A stretch of DNA of 64,000 bases from assembly GCA_015659035.1 (NCBI GenBank), contig DQNS01000034.1:1372-65371 (forward strand). The letters are read 5' to 3'. This document shows, piece by piece, positions 44,597-52,756 of the stretch. The position numbers and the translations under genes were made by a program. Source of the stretch: Acidobacteriota bacterium (GTDB lineage Bacteria > Acidobacteriota > Vicinamibacteria > Vicinamibacterales > UBA8438). Position 1 is the stretch's first letter. Each line of letters opens with the position of its first letter. The notes under the pieces are model-generated. The model was not told where the DNA came from, made no database searches, and saw nothing but the letters and a program-made list of their open reading frames with translations.

Positions 44597-44740
44597 GGTG
44601 CAGTGTTGGAAACTGGAGGTTGGCTGCATGGTCCGGGTGGGTCCAACCGGGGCATGGCGACACCGGCCAGGCCAGAGTCGGCGTCATACGGATGCCGTCA
44701 TGAACTGAACCAGGCTGTTTCATACTCAGGAGGTCACCAC

Positions 44741-45184
44741 ATGGCGCTTGTGCACTGGAATTCGTTTCGTGAGCTCTCCGCCTTCGACACCCCGCTCACC
44801 CGGGTGTTCCGTCACGTCATCCCCGGGACCGACGAGGTCCCACGCGAGTGGAGTTGGGTACCGGCGGTCGATGTCTACGAGACCGACGACCACGCGTTGG
44901 TGGTCAGCGCCGAGCTACCCGGCATCGACAGCAAGGACGTGAGCGTCGCACTCGACAACGGCGTACTCACCATCGCGGGCGAGCGCAAGGTTGACACCGA
45001 GGTCGACCGGGAGCGGTGGTACCGATCCGAGCGCGCCTACGGGACGTTCCGCCGGTCGTTCACGCTGCCGCGCGCTGTCGATGCCGGAGCGGTCACCGCG
45101 GAACACAAGGATGGTACGTTGCGGGTGCGGCTGCCGTTGAAGGAGGAGGCCAAGCCGCACCGCATCACCGTCAACGCGGCCTAG
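44741..45184 (+). CDS. Hsp20/alpha-crystallin small heat-shock protein
   Basis: AGGAGG SD; WVPAVDVYE, AELPGI, L.I.GERK, ERAYGTF.RSF.LP, DG.L.V.LP. Confidence 0.93.
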   Translation: MALVHWNSFRELSAFDTPLTRVFRHVIPGTDEVPREWSWVPAVDVYETDDHALVVSAELPGIDSKDVSVALDNGVLTIAGERKVDTEVDRERWYRSERAYGTFRRSFTLPRAVDAGAVTAEHKDGTLRVRLPLKEEAKPHRITVNAA

Positions 45185-45308
45185 TCCCTGCGTAGCGGGA
45201 CCTTCACGCGGACTGCAGGTGGTCGCCGGGGAGCGCGAGATGGCGTGGAGTCGTTCTCGCGCTCCCGGCATCGGCGGAGGACACCGAGACCGGTAGGAGA
45301 GGGGACGG

Positions 45309-45536
45309 ATGGAGTCACCCCCAGGCATTCGTGACCTGAAGCTGATGGGCGCCGTCGACGCCCGGGCCATCGTGCCGGTGCAGGACGCACACGGCGGCGT
45401 GACGATCTACTACCAGGGGCGTCCCACCCACTATCTGCTGGCCGGTGAGTGGTATGAGGCCCTCCCGGAGCTGACCGGTCCTGGCGGCGCCGCGCTGTTC
45501 GATGCACGACCCACCGACCGATCGCCCGCACCTTAG
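45309..45536 (+). CDS. hypothetical small protein
   Basis: GAGGGG SD and high-GC3 codons; stop coincides with a repeat boundary. Confidence 0.5.
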   Translation: MESPPGIRDLKLMGAVDARAIVPVQDAHGGVTIYYQGRPTHYLLAGEWYEALPELTGPGGAALFDARPTDRSPAP

Positions 45537-45700
45537 GGTCCGCGCGAGAATAAGTTCGTATTTTGGGGCGTCGTACTCATGCTGCGCTCGGCCATTGCAA
45601 GGCGCGACGAAGGAGCATACGGGCAGTCACCAACGGGCAACACGGCCAGGCGGGATGGATCGGCGGCCCAAAGGGGAAGTTGTTCTTGCGCGGCCCTTAG
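45532..45700 (-). repeat. family-A dispersed repeat, copy 8 (reverse orientation)
   Basis: Reverse complement CTAAGGGCCGCGCAAGAAC...ACTGCCCGTATGCTCCTTCGTCGCGCCTTG...CGCGCGGACCCTAAG; CTTAG at both ends. Confidence 0.85.
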
Positions 45701-45757
45701 CGCCAGCTCAAGAGCGCCGGTCGACTGCGCACCGGTTTTTGGCTACAATCAGATGTT

Positions 45758-46078
45758 ATGAACGACAACCACGATGCTGTCCTGGACGGCGACACCGAGC
45801 CGATAGCTCCCACGCCCGCGGTCGCGATGCCGCGGATTCCCGAACAACGGGTGCCGCCCATCACCAGCCGCTTTCTCTTCGTCGACGTGGCGTCCCGGAG
45901 GGCTAAGCAGCTCCGCCGGGGCGCCCTGCCGCGGCTCGAGGCGCTCCGACCGGACCCGGAGACCGGCCAGCGACCCGAGGTCACGTCCCGGCTGGAGCGT
46001 GTCGCGATGGAAGAGGTCGAACAGGGGTTGGTCGTCTACGAGCTGCTCGAGGACAAGAGCTCGGAGAAGACCACGTAG
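45758..46078 (+). CDS. rpoZ: RNA polymerase subunit omega
   Basis: SRFLFVDVASRRAKQL..GA...VA.EE...G motif pattern. Confidence 0.8.
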   Translation: MNDNHDAVLDGDTEPIAPTPAVAMPRIPEQRVPPITSRFLFVDVASRRAKQLRRGALPRLEALRPDPETGQRPEVTSRLERVAMEEVEQGLVVYELLEDKSSEKTT

Positions 46079-46350
46079 TGACGCTGTCGGAGATCTGGTC
46101 GCTGGTTAAAGCCGTGCTCACGGGTCTCGGGGCGTCCACCGTGTTCGTGATCGTCGTCTTCGCCGCGTTCTGCGTGCTCGTGGGCCTCACCAAGCACCGC
46201 AAGATCGGCAAGGCCAGCCTCGTGGTGCGCAGCCTCGACGATCGTCTCGGGTCCAGCGCGCGCTACCTGTCGCCGGATGTGCCCCGCGGTCCAGCGAACC
46301 AGCTCAAGACCCCGGAACTGCTGGAACAGTCCGGTCGTCACGGCTCTTAG
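46078..46350 (+). CDS. hypothetical membrane protein
   Basis: TAG/GTG coupling with rpoZ; one hydrophobic segment followed by basic residues. Confidence 0.65.
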   Translation: MTLSEIWSLVKAVLTGLGASTVFVIVVFAAFCVLVGLTKHRKIGKASLVVRSLDDRLGSSARYLSPDVPRGPANQLKTPELLEQSGRHGS

Positions 46351-46412
46351 GGTTCGTGGAAGAATACGTTCTCATTTTGGGCCGTTGACGCGCCCGGTTG
46401 GCAAGGCGCGAC
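46346..46412 (-). repeat. family-A right-arm fragment
   Basis: CTTAGGGTTCGTGGAAGAATA.GTTCTCATTTTGGG...GGCAAGGCGCGAC matches the ends of copies 1, 2 and 8; starts on a stop codon. Confidence 0.6.
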
Positions 46413-46414
46413 CG

Positions 46415-47899
46415 CTATCCCGTGCTGGCCGCCGCCGGTGGCGTGTCCCGCCACCATGGAGCGTCCCGCTCGTAGCCCGCACCGAGTCGCAACAGTGTTT
46501 CTTCGTCGAACGCCCGTCCTGTCAGCTGGAGTCCCACCGGCAACCCAGACGCCACGTATCCGCAGGGCAGACTGATCGCGGGCAGCCCGGTCAGATTGGC
46601 GCTCACCGTGAAGACGTCCCCCAGGTACAGCTGTAGCGGGTCGTCGGACCGTTCGCCGAGTCCGAACGCCGGTGTGGGCGTGGTCGGCATCGCAACCGCG
46701 TCGACCCGCTCGAACGCGGTGTTGTAGTCGCGTCGGATCAGGGTTCGGATCTGCTGGGCCTTGAGATAGTAGGCGTCGTAGTAGCCGGCGCTGAGGGCGT
46801 AGGTGCCGAGCATGATGCGTCGCTTGACCTCGGCTCCGAACCCGCTCTCACGCGTGCGGTTATACATCGAGGTCAGATCGGCATCGGCGGCGTCGAGCGG
46901 CGCCCGATACGCGAAGCGCACCCCGTCGTAGCGCGCGAGGTTGGAGCTGGCCTCGGCCGGCGCTACCACGTAGTAGGTTGGGACCGCGTAGGTGGCGTGC
47001 GGGAGCGGCACGTCGACGATCTGTGCACCCTGCTCGCGGAACACGTTGATCGCCGCCGAGAATGCGGTGCGGACGTTCGGGTCGACACCGTCTTCGAGGA
47101 TTTTCCACGGGACCCCGATGGTCGGGTGCGGCACCGGTTCCCTCAGCGCCGCGTCGAACGCGGGTACTGCCTCAGCGGCCGAGGTGGCGTCGCAGGGGTC
47201 CTGACCGGCGATCGCCTGGAGGAGCGTGGCCGCGTCGGACACCGTCAGCGCGAGCGGGCTGATCTGGTCGAGCGAAGACGCGAACGCGAGCAGCCCGTAG
47301 CGCGAGACCCGTCCATAGGTCGGTTTCAGACCGACGATTCCGCAGAAGGCCGCCGGCTGCCGGACCGAACCGCCGGTGTCCGACCCCACCGCGATCGGCG
47401 AGAGTCGCGCGGCCACCGCGGCGGCCGACCCGCCGCTCGAGCCACCAGGCACGCGTTCGAGATCCCAGGGGTTTCGTGTCGGCCCCGAGACCGAGTGCTC
47501 GGTGGTCGAGCCCATCGCGAACTCATCACAGTTGGTCTTGCCGATGACGACCGCCCCAGCCCTGGTCAGCCGGTCGATCACCGTGGCGTTGTACGGCGCC
47601 ACGAACCCCTCGAGGATGCGCGACGATGCGGTGGTCGGCAGGCCCCGCGTACAGATGTTGTCCTTGACCGCCACCGGCACACCGGCGAGCGGCAGGTCAG
47701 GGTCCTGCGAGCCTCGTCGGTCGATCGACGCGGCGCGTTCGAGCGCGTGTTCCTTGGCGACGTGAGTGAACGCGTGGAGAGGACCGTCGTGCGCGGCGAT
47801 TCGCTCCAGATACTGTGCGCAGATCTCGACCGCCGTGAGGCCCTCCGTCATTGCGGCGCGGATGTCGGCAATGGTCTGGATGGAGGAGGCCGTCATCAC
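46415..47899 (-). CDS. gatA: Asp-tRNA(Asn)/Glu-tRNA(Gln) amidotransferase subunit A
   Basis: VAVKDNI, GKTNCDEFAMGS, PGGSSGGSAAAV, GSDTGGSVRQPA, EASSNLARYDG, EVKRRIMLGTY.LS.GYYDAYY. Confidence 0.96.
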   Translation of the reverse strand: MMTASSIQTIADIRAAMTEGLTAVEICAQYLERIAAHDGPLHAFTHVAKEHALERAASIDRRGSQDPDLPLAGVPVAVKDNICTRGLPTTASSRILEGFVAPYNATVIDRLTRAGAVVIGKTNCDEFAMGSTTEHSVSGPTRNPWDLERVPGGSSGGSAAAVAARLSPIAVGSDTGGSVRQPAAFCGIVGLKPTYGRVSRYGLLAFASSLDQISPLALTVSDAATLLQAIAGQDPCDATSAAEAVPAFDAALREPVPHPTIGVPWKILEDGVDPNVRTAFSAAINVFREQGAQIVDVPLPHATYAVPTYYVVAPAEASSNLARYDGVRFAYRAPLDAADADLTSMYNRTRESGFGAEVKRRIMLGTYALSAGYYDAYYLKAQQIRTLIRRDYNTAFERVDAVAMPTTPTPAFGLGERSDDPLQLYLGDVFTVSANLTGLPAISLPCGYVASGLPVGLQLTGRAFDEETLLRLGAGYERDAPWWRDTPPAAASTG

Positions 47900-48189
47900 C
47901 CGATGACCTTCGGGACCCTGAACAACCCGTCACCGCCTGGGTCCGGTGCGTTGGCCAGCGCCTCGTCACGCGGCATCGAGGGACGCGGCTCGTCGGCCCG
48001 CATGACCGGGGCTGAGGCGACGGGGTGCGTTGTGGCTGGCACACCGGTTGTATCGATCTGCTGGAGCCGGTCGAAATAGGAGAGGATGTCGCCGAGCTGC
48101 CGAGTGAACAGCTCCGTCTCGGATTCGGTCAGATCGAGGTGCGCCAGCGCCGCTATCCGCTCGACGTCTGTTCGTTTCAGGGTTGTCAC
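47896..48189 (-). CDS. gatC: amidotransferase subunit C
   Basis: V..IA.LA.L.L...E...F..QL..IL.Y...L...DT..V..T.H, R.D, NAP.....F.VPKVI; start approximate. Confidence 0.9.
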   Translation of the reverse strand: MTTLKRTDVERIAALAHLDLTESETELFTRQLGDILSYFDRLQQIDTTGVPATTHPVASAPVMRADEPRPSMPRDEALANAPDPGGDGLFRVPKVIG

Positions 48190-48343
48190 GCTTGATGGTA
48201 GTGTTCCGTCCCAGAGGTTCGCAACATGATTCCCGGACGAGGCATCCCGTCTGGACCCGGTCCGCCACCCTGACACGTGTCTATCGCGCCCTCCTCGAGA
48301 CCTGCCGCGCCGGCAGCCTGTTGGACCTCTACGCTCGCGCTCG

Positions 48344-48787
48344 GTGACAGTGGATCGTCTGTGGGGCTTCGAGCCGAGCCAGGTGGCCGAGGCGGAGTAC
48401 ACCCTGGAGTATGCGGCACTGTGTCCGCATTGCCGGGAGGAGATCGAGGTCGTGAACGTGGCGCGGCTGCCCCGCACCCGGGTCAACTTCACGTCGACCC
48501 TGCCGCGTCGAGGTCACGTGGTCGCGTGCCCGAAGTGCAACACAATCATTTCAGCCGACCTCGGGTGGGCCGCACCCTCGCTAGCAGAAGCTTTTCTTAC
48601 AGCCCCGCTAGGCGGGGGCCAGACATCTCCGGTGAGCGACGAAAAACGTGCTTCAAACGTGACGATCTCGCCAAGAGGAGAGATGTCTAGTGCGCGCCGG
48701 GACCCTTGTAGTTCTTCTCGCCCGCCTCGATGCGCACATCCAGGCGGTTGTCGGGCGGTGGCAGGGGACAGGTCGTGTGCGGGTTGA
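48344..48787 (+). CDS. small zinc-ribbon protein; C-terminus reads through a family-B repeat
   Basis: CPHC...CPKC within the first ~70 aa. Beyond ~48575 the ORF is repeat-derived and then overlaps the convergent gene. Confidence 0.6.
   Translation: MTVDRLWGFEPSQVAEAEYTLEYAALCPHCREEIEVVNVARLPRTRVNFTSTLPRRGHVVACPKCNTIISADLGWAAPSLAEAFLTAPLGGGQTSPVSDEKRASNVTISPRGEMSSARRDPCSSSRPPRCAHPGGCRAVAGDRSCAG
48576..48690 (+). repeat. family-B repeat, copy 2
   Basis: CCTCGCTAGCAGAAGCTTTTCT..AGCCCCGCTA.GCGGGGGCC.AGACATCTCC...TGCTTCAAACGT.ACGAT...GAGATGTCTAG, as at 22852; the final CTAG is the DUF1684 stop. Confidence 0.8.
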
Positions 48788-49589
48788 ACGCGCAGGGCGG
48801 GTTGTACGCCATGTTGAAGTCCACGGTCGTCCACCCATCGGCATCCGGCGCGTCGGCATATAGGAACCGCGCCGCCGAGTAGGTTTCGTCGCTGCTGGTC
48901 AGATCCCGCATGATGAACCACAGGCGCCGGCCGGAGTTGACCGGCAGCATCCGCACCTCCGTGCCAGCCACCGTCAACGTCACGTATCCGGTGCTCGTGT
49001 AGGTCTCGATGTCGCCCAGGATGTTCATCGTCTTGACGGTGATCGGCTCCGCGTGCGGCGTGAACTTGCCACGGACGCGATAGCGCTCGTCGACCGGGTA
49101 CCACTCGAGACCGGTGAAGTTCTTGCGGATGTCGGACTCGGTATCACGGACGCGGATCGCCAGCCGCTCGCCGCTGTGGTGCACCCAGAGCGACACAGAA
49201 CCTATGGTCAGCGTCGCGCGGCGCTCTGCTGGGTAGAGCTGTGCGCTGGTGACCGCCTCGCCGTTGACGGTGAGGGCGCCGCCAGCCGGCGCGCGGGCCG
49301 TCACGGTGCCGTTGCGCAACTCGAACACGCCCGCCGCGGCCGGGACGCGGGCCGGCAGCGTGAGATCGTTGCGCGGGCTCGACCCGAAGCTGGTCTCGCC
49401 CTCGCGCAGAAAGAACAGCGCCGAGACAGTCAGCCAGCTGTCGTCGGCCTTGAGGCTCGCCTCGCGTTCGACCCGCCAGGCCTCGATTTCTTCCTCGTAG
49501 TCGTCGGCGCCGGTGCCGACGGCCGTCATCCCGAGCCCGCATAGGAGCGCGACCGACAGGAGCAGTCTCATGTGCGTGGGAATCCTCAT
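48687..49589 (-). CDS. DUF1684 domain secreted protein
   Basis: Signal peptide; F..RDLTS..ETY.A.RFLY and DFN.AYNPPCAFNP.TTCPLPP..NRL...I.AGEK signatures. Confidence 0.88.
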   Translation of the reverse strand: MRIPTHMRLLLSVALLCGLGMTAVGTGADDYEEEIEAWRVEREASLKADDSWLTVSALFFLREGETSFGSSPRNDLTLPARVPAAAGVFELRNGTVTARAPAGGALTVNGEAVTSAQLYPAERRATLTIGSVSLWVHHSGERLAIRVRDTESDIRKNFTGLEWYPVDERYRVRGKFTPHAEPITVKTMNILGDIETYTSTGYVTLTVAGTEVRMLPVNSGRRLWFIMRDLTSSDETYSAARFLYADAPDADGWTTVDFNMAYNPPCAFNPHTTCPLPPPDNRLDVRIEAGEKNYKGPGAH

Positions 49590-49684
49590 CGGGCGATCCA
49601 ACCACAGTCGGTCTTCCGGGTCAACGGAAGGCCGGCTGGCCGACCCGCCGAGCCAGGCGGTGTGCAACAATTCTCGTCGCAGGT

Positions 49685-49876
49685 ATGTCCGACGAGCGCC
49701 CGCTGTTCCAGCATCCGCCGTGGATGGTCGGCATCATGCTGATCCTCGGCGTGCTGTCGCTCGTCATCGGGCTGACGGTCGATCCGTTCTGGCTCGTAAT
49801 GGGGAGTCCGGCCATCCTGACGCTCGTTGTCTATATAGGGGTCCGCATCGCGATCCGGCGGCGCACTGGCGAGTGA
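49685..49876 (+). CDS. small two-TM membrane protein
   Basis: Two hydrophobic helices and a basic C-terminus. Confidence 0.6.
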   Translation: MSDERPLFQHPPWMVGIMLILGVLSLVIGLTVDPFWLVMGSPAILTLVVYIGVRIAIRRRTGE

Positions 49877-49929
49877 CAGACCGGGGACAGGGAGGTGGGG
49901 AGCGACGCTCATGATGAAGCGGGTTCGAG

Positions 49930-50850
49930 ATGGGAAGCGCTGAGCGTGGCGAACCGGTGAGGCCGCCGGCGGTGGCCGGCAGCTGGTATCCGGACGCCGA
50001 GGCGCCATTACGCGCGGCGGTCACCTCTCACCTCGCGGCCGTTAGCGACACTGACACCGACACCCCGTTCCGCGACATCGTGGCGATCATCGCGCCGCAC
50101 GCCGGGCTCGTCTACTCGGGTCCGGTCGCCGCCCACGCTTATCAGGCCGTGGCGGGCCGCGCCTATGACGTCGCGGTGCTGGTCGGGCCGTCGCACCACG
50201 TGGGGTTTGACGGGGTGGCGATCTACCCGCGTGGCGCATTCGACACCCCCCTCGGCCCGGTGCCTGTGGCCGCCGGGGTTGCTGACCAGTTGATGCGCGC
50301 ACCCTGCATCAGAATCCATCCCACCGCGCACGTGCGCGAGCACTCGCTTGAGATGCAGTTGCCGTTTCTGCGTCATGTCCTCCCGGACACGCCGATCGTG
50401 CCCCTGGTCATCGGCTCTCAGGAGCGCGAGACGATTCTGGCTTTGGCCGAGGCGCTGGCCGGGACGCTCGCCGGGTTGACACCGCTCATCGTGGCCAGCA
50501 CCGATCTCTCGCACTACTTCGACGCCGACCGTGCCGCCTCGTTCGACGGGGTGGTCATCGACTATGTCGCCCGTTTCGACCCGGATGGGTTGCTGGCGGA
50601 GTACGAGCGCTATCCGGCGCACGAGCGAGGCCGGTGCGTCGCCTGTGGCGGCGGCGCCGCCGTCGCGGTCATGAAGGCGGCCGCCACCCTCGGGGCGCGC
50701 GAGGCCCGCGCGCTGTGCTACGCCGACTCGGGAGATGTCTCGGGCGACAAGACCGCCGTCGTCGGCTATCTCGCCGCCGCCCTGGGTCGCTTTGAGCCGC
50801 AAGCTCGAAGAAGTCAGGAGTCAGAAGGCAGAAGTCAGAAGCCATGCTGA
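49930..50850 (+). CDS. amrB: AmmeMemoRadiSam system protein B (MEMO1 family)
   Basis: R.PAVAG.WYP, PHAG..YSG, GPSHH, REHSLEMQLPFL, ASTDLSHY, CG, Y..SGD, VVGY. Confidence 0.92.
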   Translation: MGSAERGEPVRPPAVAGSWYPDAEAPLRAAVTSHLAAVSDTDTDTPFRDIVAIIAPHAGLVYSGPVAAHAYQAVAGRAYDVAVLVGPSHHVGFDGVAIYPRGAFDTPLGPVPVAAGVADQLMRAPCIRIHPTAHVREHSLEMQLPFLRHVLPDTPIVPLVIGSQERETILALAEALAGTLAGLTPLIVASTDLSHYFDADRAASFDGVVIDYVARFDPDGLLAEYERYPAHERGRCVACGGGAAVAVMKAAATLGAREARALCYADSGDVSGDKTAVVGYLAAALGRFEPQARRSQESEGRSQKPC

Positions 50851-51377
50851 ACCTGCACGAACGACAGGCGTTGCTGCACCTCGCGCGTCAGGCGATTGCC
50901 GCCAGACTCGAGGGGCATCCGGTTGCGCCGCCTGCGGCGGTTGGCGGGCTGGCCCGACGGACCGGCGCTTTCGTCACCATCCGACACAACAACCGGCTCC
51001 GCGGCTGTCTCGGGTCGGTCGACGATGACGCTCCCCTGGTCGAGGTGGTGGCCCGATGCGCTGGCGACGCCGCGACACGCGACCCGCGGTTCCCGCCGTT
51101 GCCGCTGGAGGACCTGGCCGAGGTCGTTCTGGAGATCTCCGTGCTCGGCCCGGCCGAGCCGCTCGCGGACCCGGCCGAGGTCGAGGTCGGGCGGCACGGG
51201 CTTATCGTCGAGCAGGGGACGCACCGCGGTTTGCTGCTCCCCCAGGTGCCGACCGAGTGGGGGTGGGACCGCGAGACCTTTGTGTCGCAGACCTGCGTGA
51301 AGGCCGGTCTCGCTCCGGACGCGTGGCGGACCGGCGCCACGTTGTTCACGTTCGAGGCAGAGGTCTTCGGCGAGTGA
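50844..51377 (+). CDS. amrA: AmmeMemoRadiSam system protein A (AMMECR1 family)
   Basis: GAFVT.....LRGCLG, DPRF.P, EISVL, G.HGL, GLLLPQV..E.GW, KAGL, F.AEVF. Confidence 0.93.
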   Translation: MLNLHERQALLHLARQAIAARLEGHPVAPPAAVGGLARRTGAFVTIRHNNRLRGCLGSVDDDAPLVEVVARCAGDAATRDPRFPPLPLEDLAEVVLEISVLGPAEPLADPAEVEVGRHGLIVEQGTHRGLLLPQVPTEWGWDRETFVSQTCVKAGLAPDAWRTGATLFTFEAEVFGE

Positions 51378-51554
51378 GTGGCGAGCCTGAAGCGCGAAGC
51401 CTGGGCGTGTGATGTAAAGCAGTCAGAAGACAGGAGGCAGGAGATCACCCGAAGGGAGCGTTTTGTCCCGGCTCGTCCTCCGAAAGAACCGCTCGATCGG
51501 CGTGTTCAGGACGAGCATTCTGCTGGCCCGAAGCCCGAGGCCGAAAGCCGGAGC

Positions 51555-52445
51555 TCATCCCTCCGCTTCCATGAGGTCCCTCAGCGTCCGCAGATTCTCC
51601 AGGTCCATCGGGTCGGGCTCGATCTCTGCGGTTCTGGCCGAGCGCGCCTTCGGGGTCTCGAGCACCATCGGCAGGGCTTCCAGACGCGGGTCTGTGAGCA
51701 GACGCCGGAACGCGCTGAGCCCGACGTGACCGCTGCCGATGTGGGTATGCCGGTCCACACGGCTGCCGAGCGGTGTCTTCGAATCGTTGAGGTGTAGCGC
51801 TCGCAGCCGGTCGAGCCCCACACATGCATCGAGCTGGCGCATCGTGTCGGCGTAGCCGGCGTCGGAGCCCAGGTCGTAGCCGGCGGCCAGCAGATGGCAC
51901 GTGTCGAGACACACGCCGATTCTCGTCGCCGTCCCGGCCCGCTCGACCTCGGTGATGATGGTTCCGAGTTGCTCGAACGTATGGCCCAGGTTCGTGCCCT
52001 GCCCGGCGGTGTGCTCGAGCAGCAGGAGGGTCTGCTGGTCCGGGCGGGCGGCCAGCACCCCGGCGATGCCGTTGGCGATCCGGGCCAGACCCTCCTCTTC
52101 GGTGGTCGTCGTGTAGGAGCCGGGATGGAGCACGACACCGAGCAACCCGAGCGCCTCGGCACGGTCGAGCTCGTCACCAAGCGCGGCGCCGGACCGGCGG
52201 CGCAGGGTGTCGTCCGGTGCCGCCAGGTTGATCAGATAGCTGGCGTGGGCGATCACCGGGCGGACATCCAGTTCTTCGCTGAGCCGCCGGAACTCGGCGA
52301 TCTCGCCGTCTGGCAGCGGTCGTGCCCGCCACTGGCCGGAAGACTTGGTGAAGACCTGCAGGGTGTCGCAGTGGGCTGCCCGTGCACGTTCCACGGCGCG
52401 CGGTAACCCGCCGGCGATCGACATATGTGCTCCGAGTCTGGGCAT
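51555..52445 (-). CDS. nfo: endonuclease IV
   Basis: LGAHMSIAGG, HASYLINL, HPGS, E.TAGQG, DTCH, HLNDSK, DRH.HIG.G, LETPK. Confidence 0.95.
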   Translation of the reverse strand: MPRLGAHMSIAGGLPRAVERARAAHCDTLQVFTKSSGQWRARPLPDGEIAEFRRLSEELDVRPVIAHASYLINLAAPDDTLRRRSGAALGDELDRAEALGLLGVVLHPGSYTTTTEEEGLARIANGIAGVLAARPDQQTLLLLEHTAGQGTNLGHTFEQLGTIITEVERAGTATRIGVCLDTCHLLAAGYDLGSDAGYADTMRQLDACVGLDRLRALHLNDSKTPLGSRVDRHTHIGSGHVGLSAFRRLLTDPRLEALPMVLETPKARSARTAEIEPDPMDLENLRTLRDLMEAEG

Positions 52446-52463
52446 GGATGCGCGTATTCTCTA

Positions 52464-52593
52464 AGAAGTCAGAAGTCAGAAGTCAGTCCTTCGACAACAA
52501 CACCCCTGTGCTCTGCTCAGGATGAGCGGACGGAAGTCAGGGGCAGCTGGCTTGCCCGGGGGAGCCTCGGCGAAGGCGGGAGGGCCTTGCCAG
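52464..52593 (+). repeat. family-C composite repeat, copy 3
   Basis: (AGAAGTC)3, the 49-nt core at 52483-52531, then GCC..GGCGAAGGCGGGAGGG. Confidence 0.88.
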
Positions 52594-52756
52594 CTTTCCT
52601 GCACTTCTGTTTTCGAGACGATAGCCGACCCTGCGTACTGAGCACTTCGACAGCGTACACCGGTCGGCGGGCCGCTTGCGCGCGCGCGGAACGGTGAAGG
52701 ACAATCAACGTCCTCGGCCCGGTTTCCGGTTGGTCATGACGCCTCGGGATTTGCAG

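Noticed and set aside
46415-48189. gatCA without gatB, alongside asnS, as an anomaly
   Set aside because: gatB is often unlinked, and GatCAB commonly coexists with AsnRS to make Gln-tRNA.
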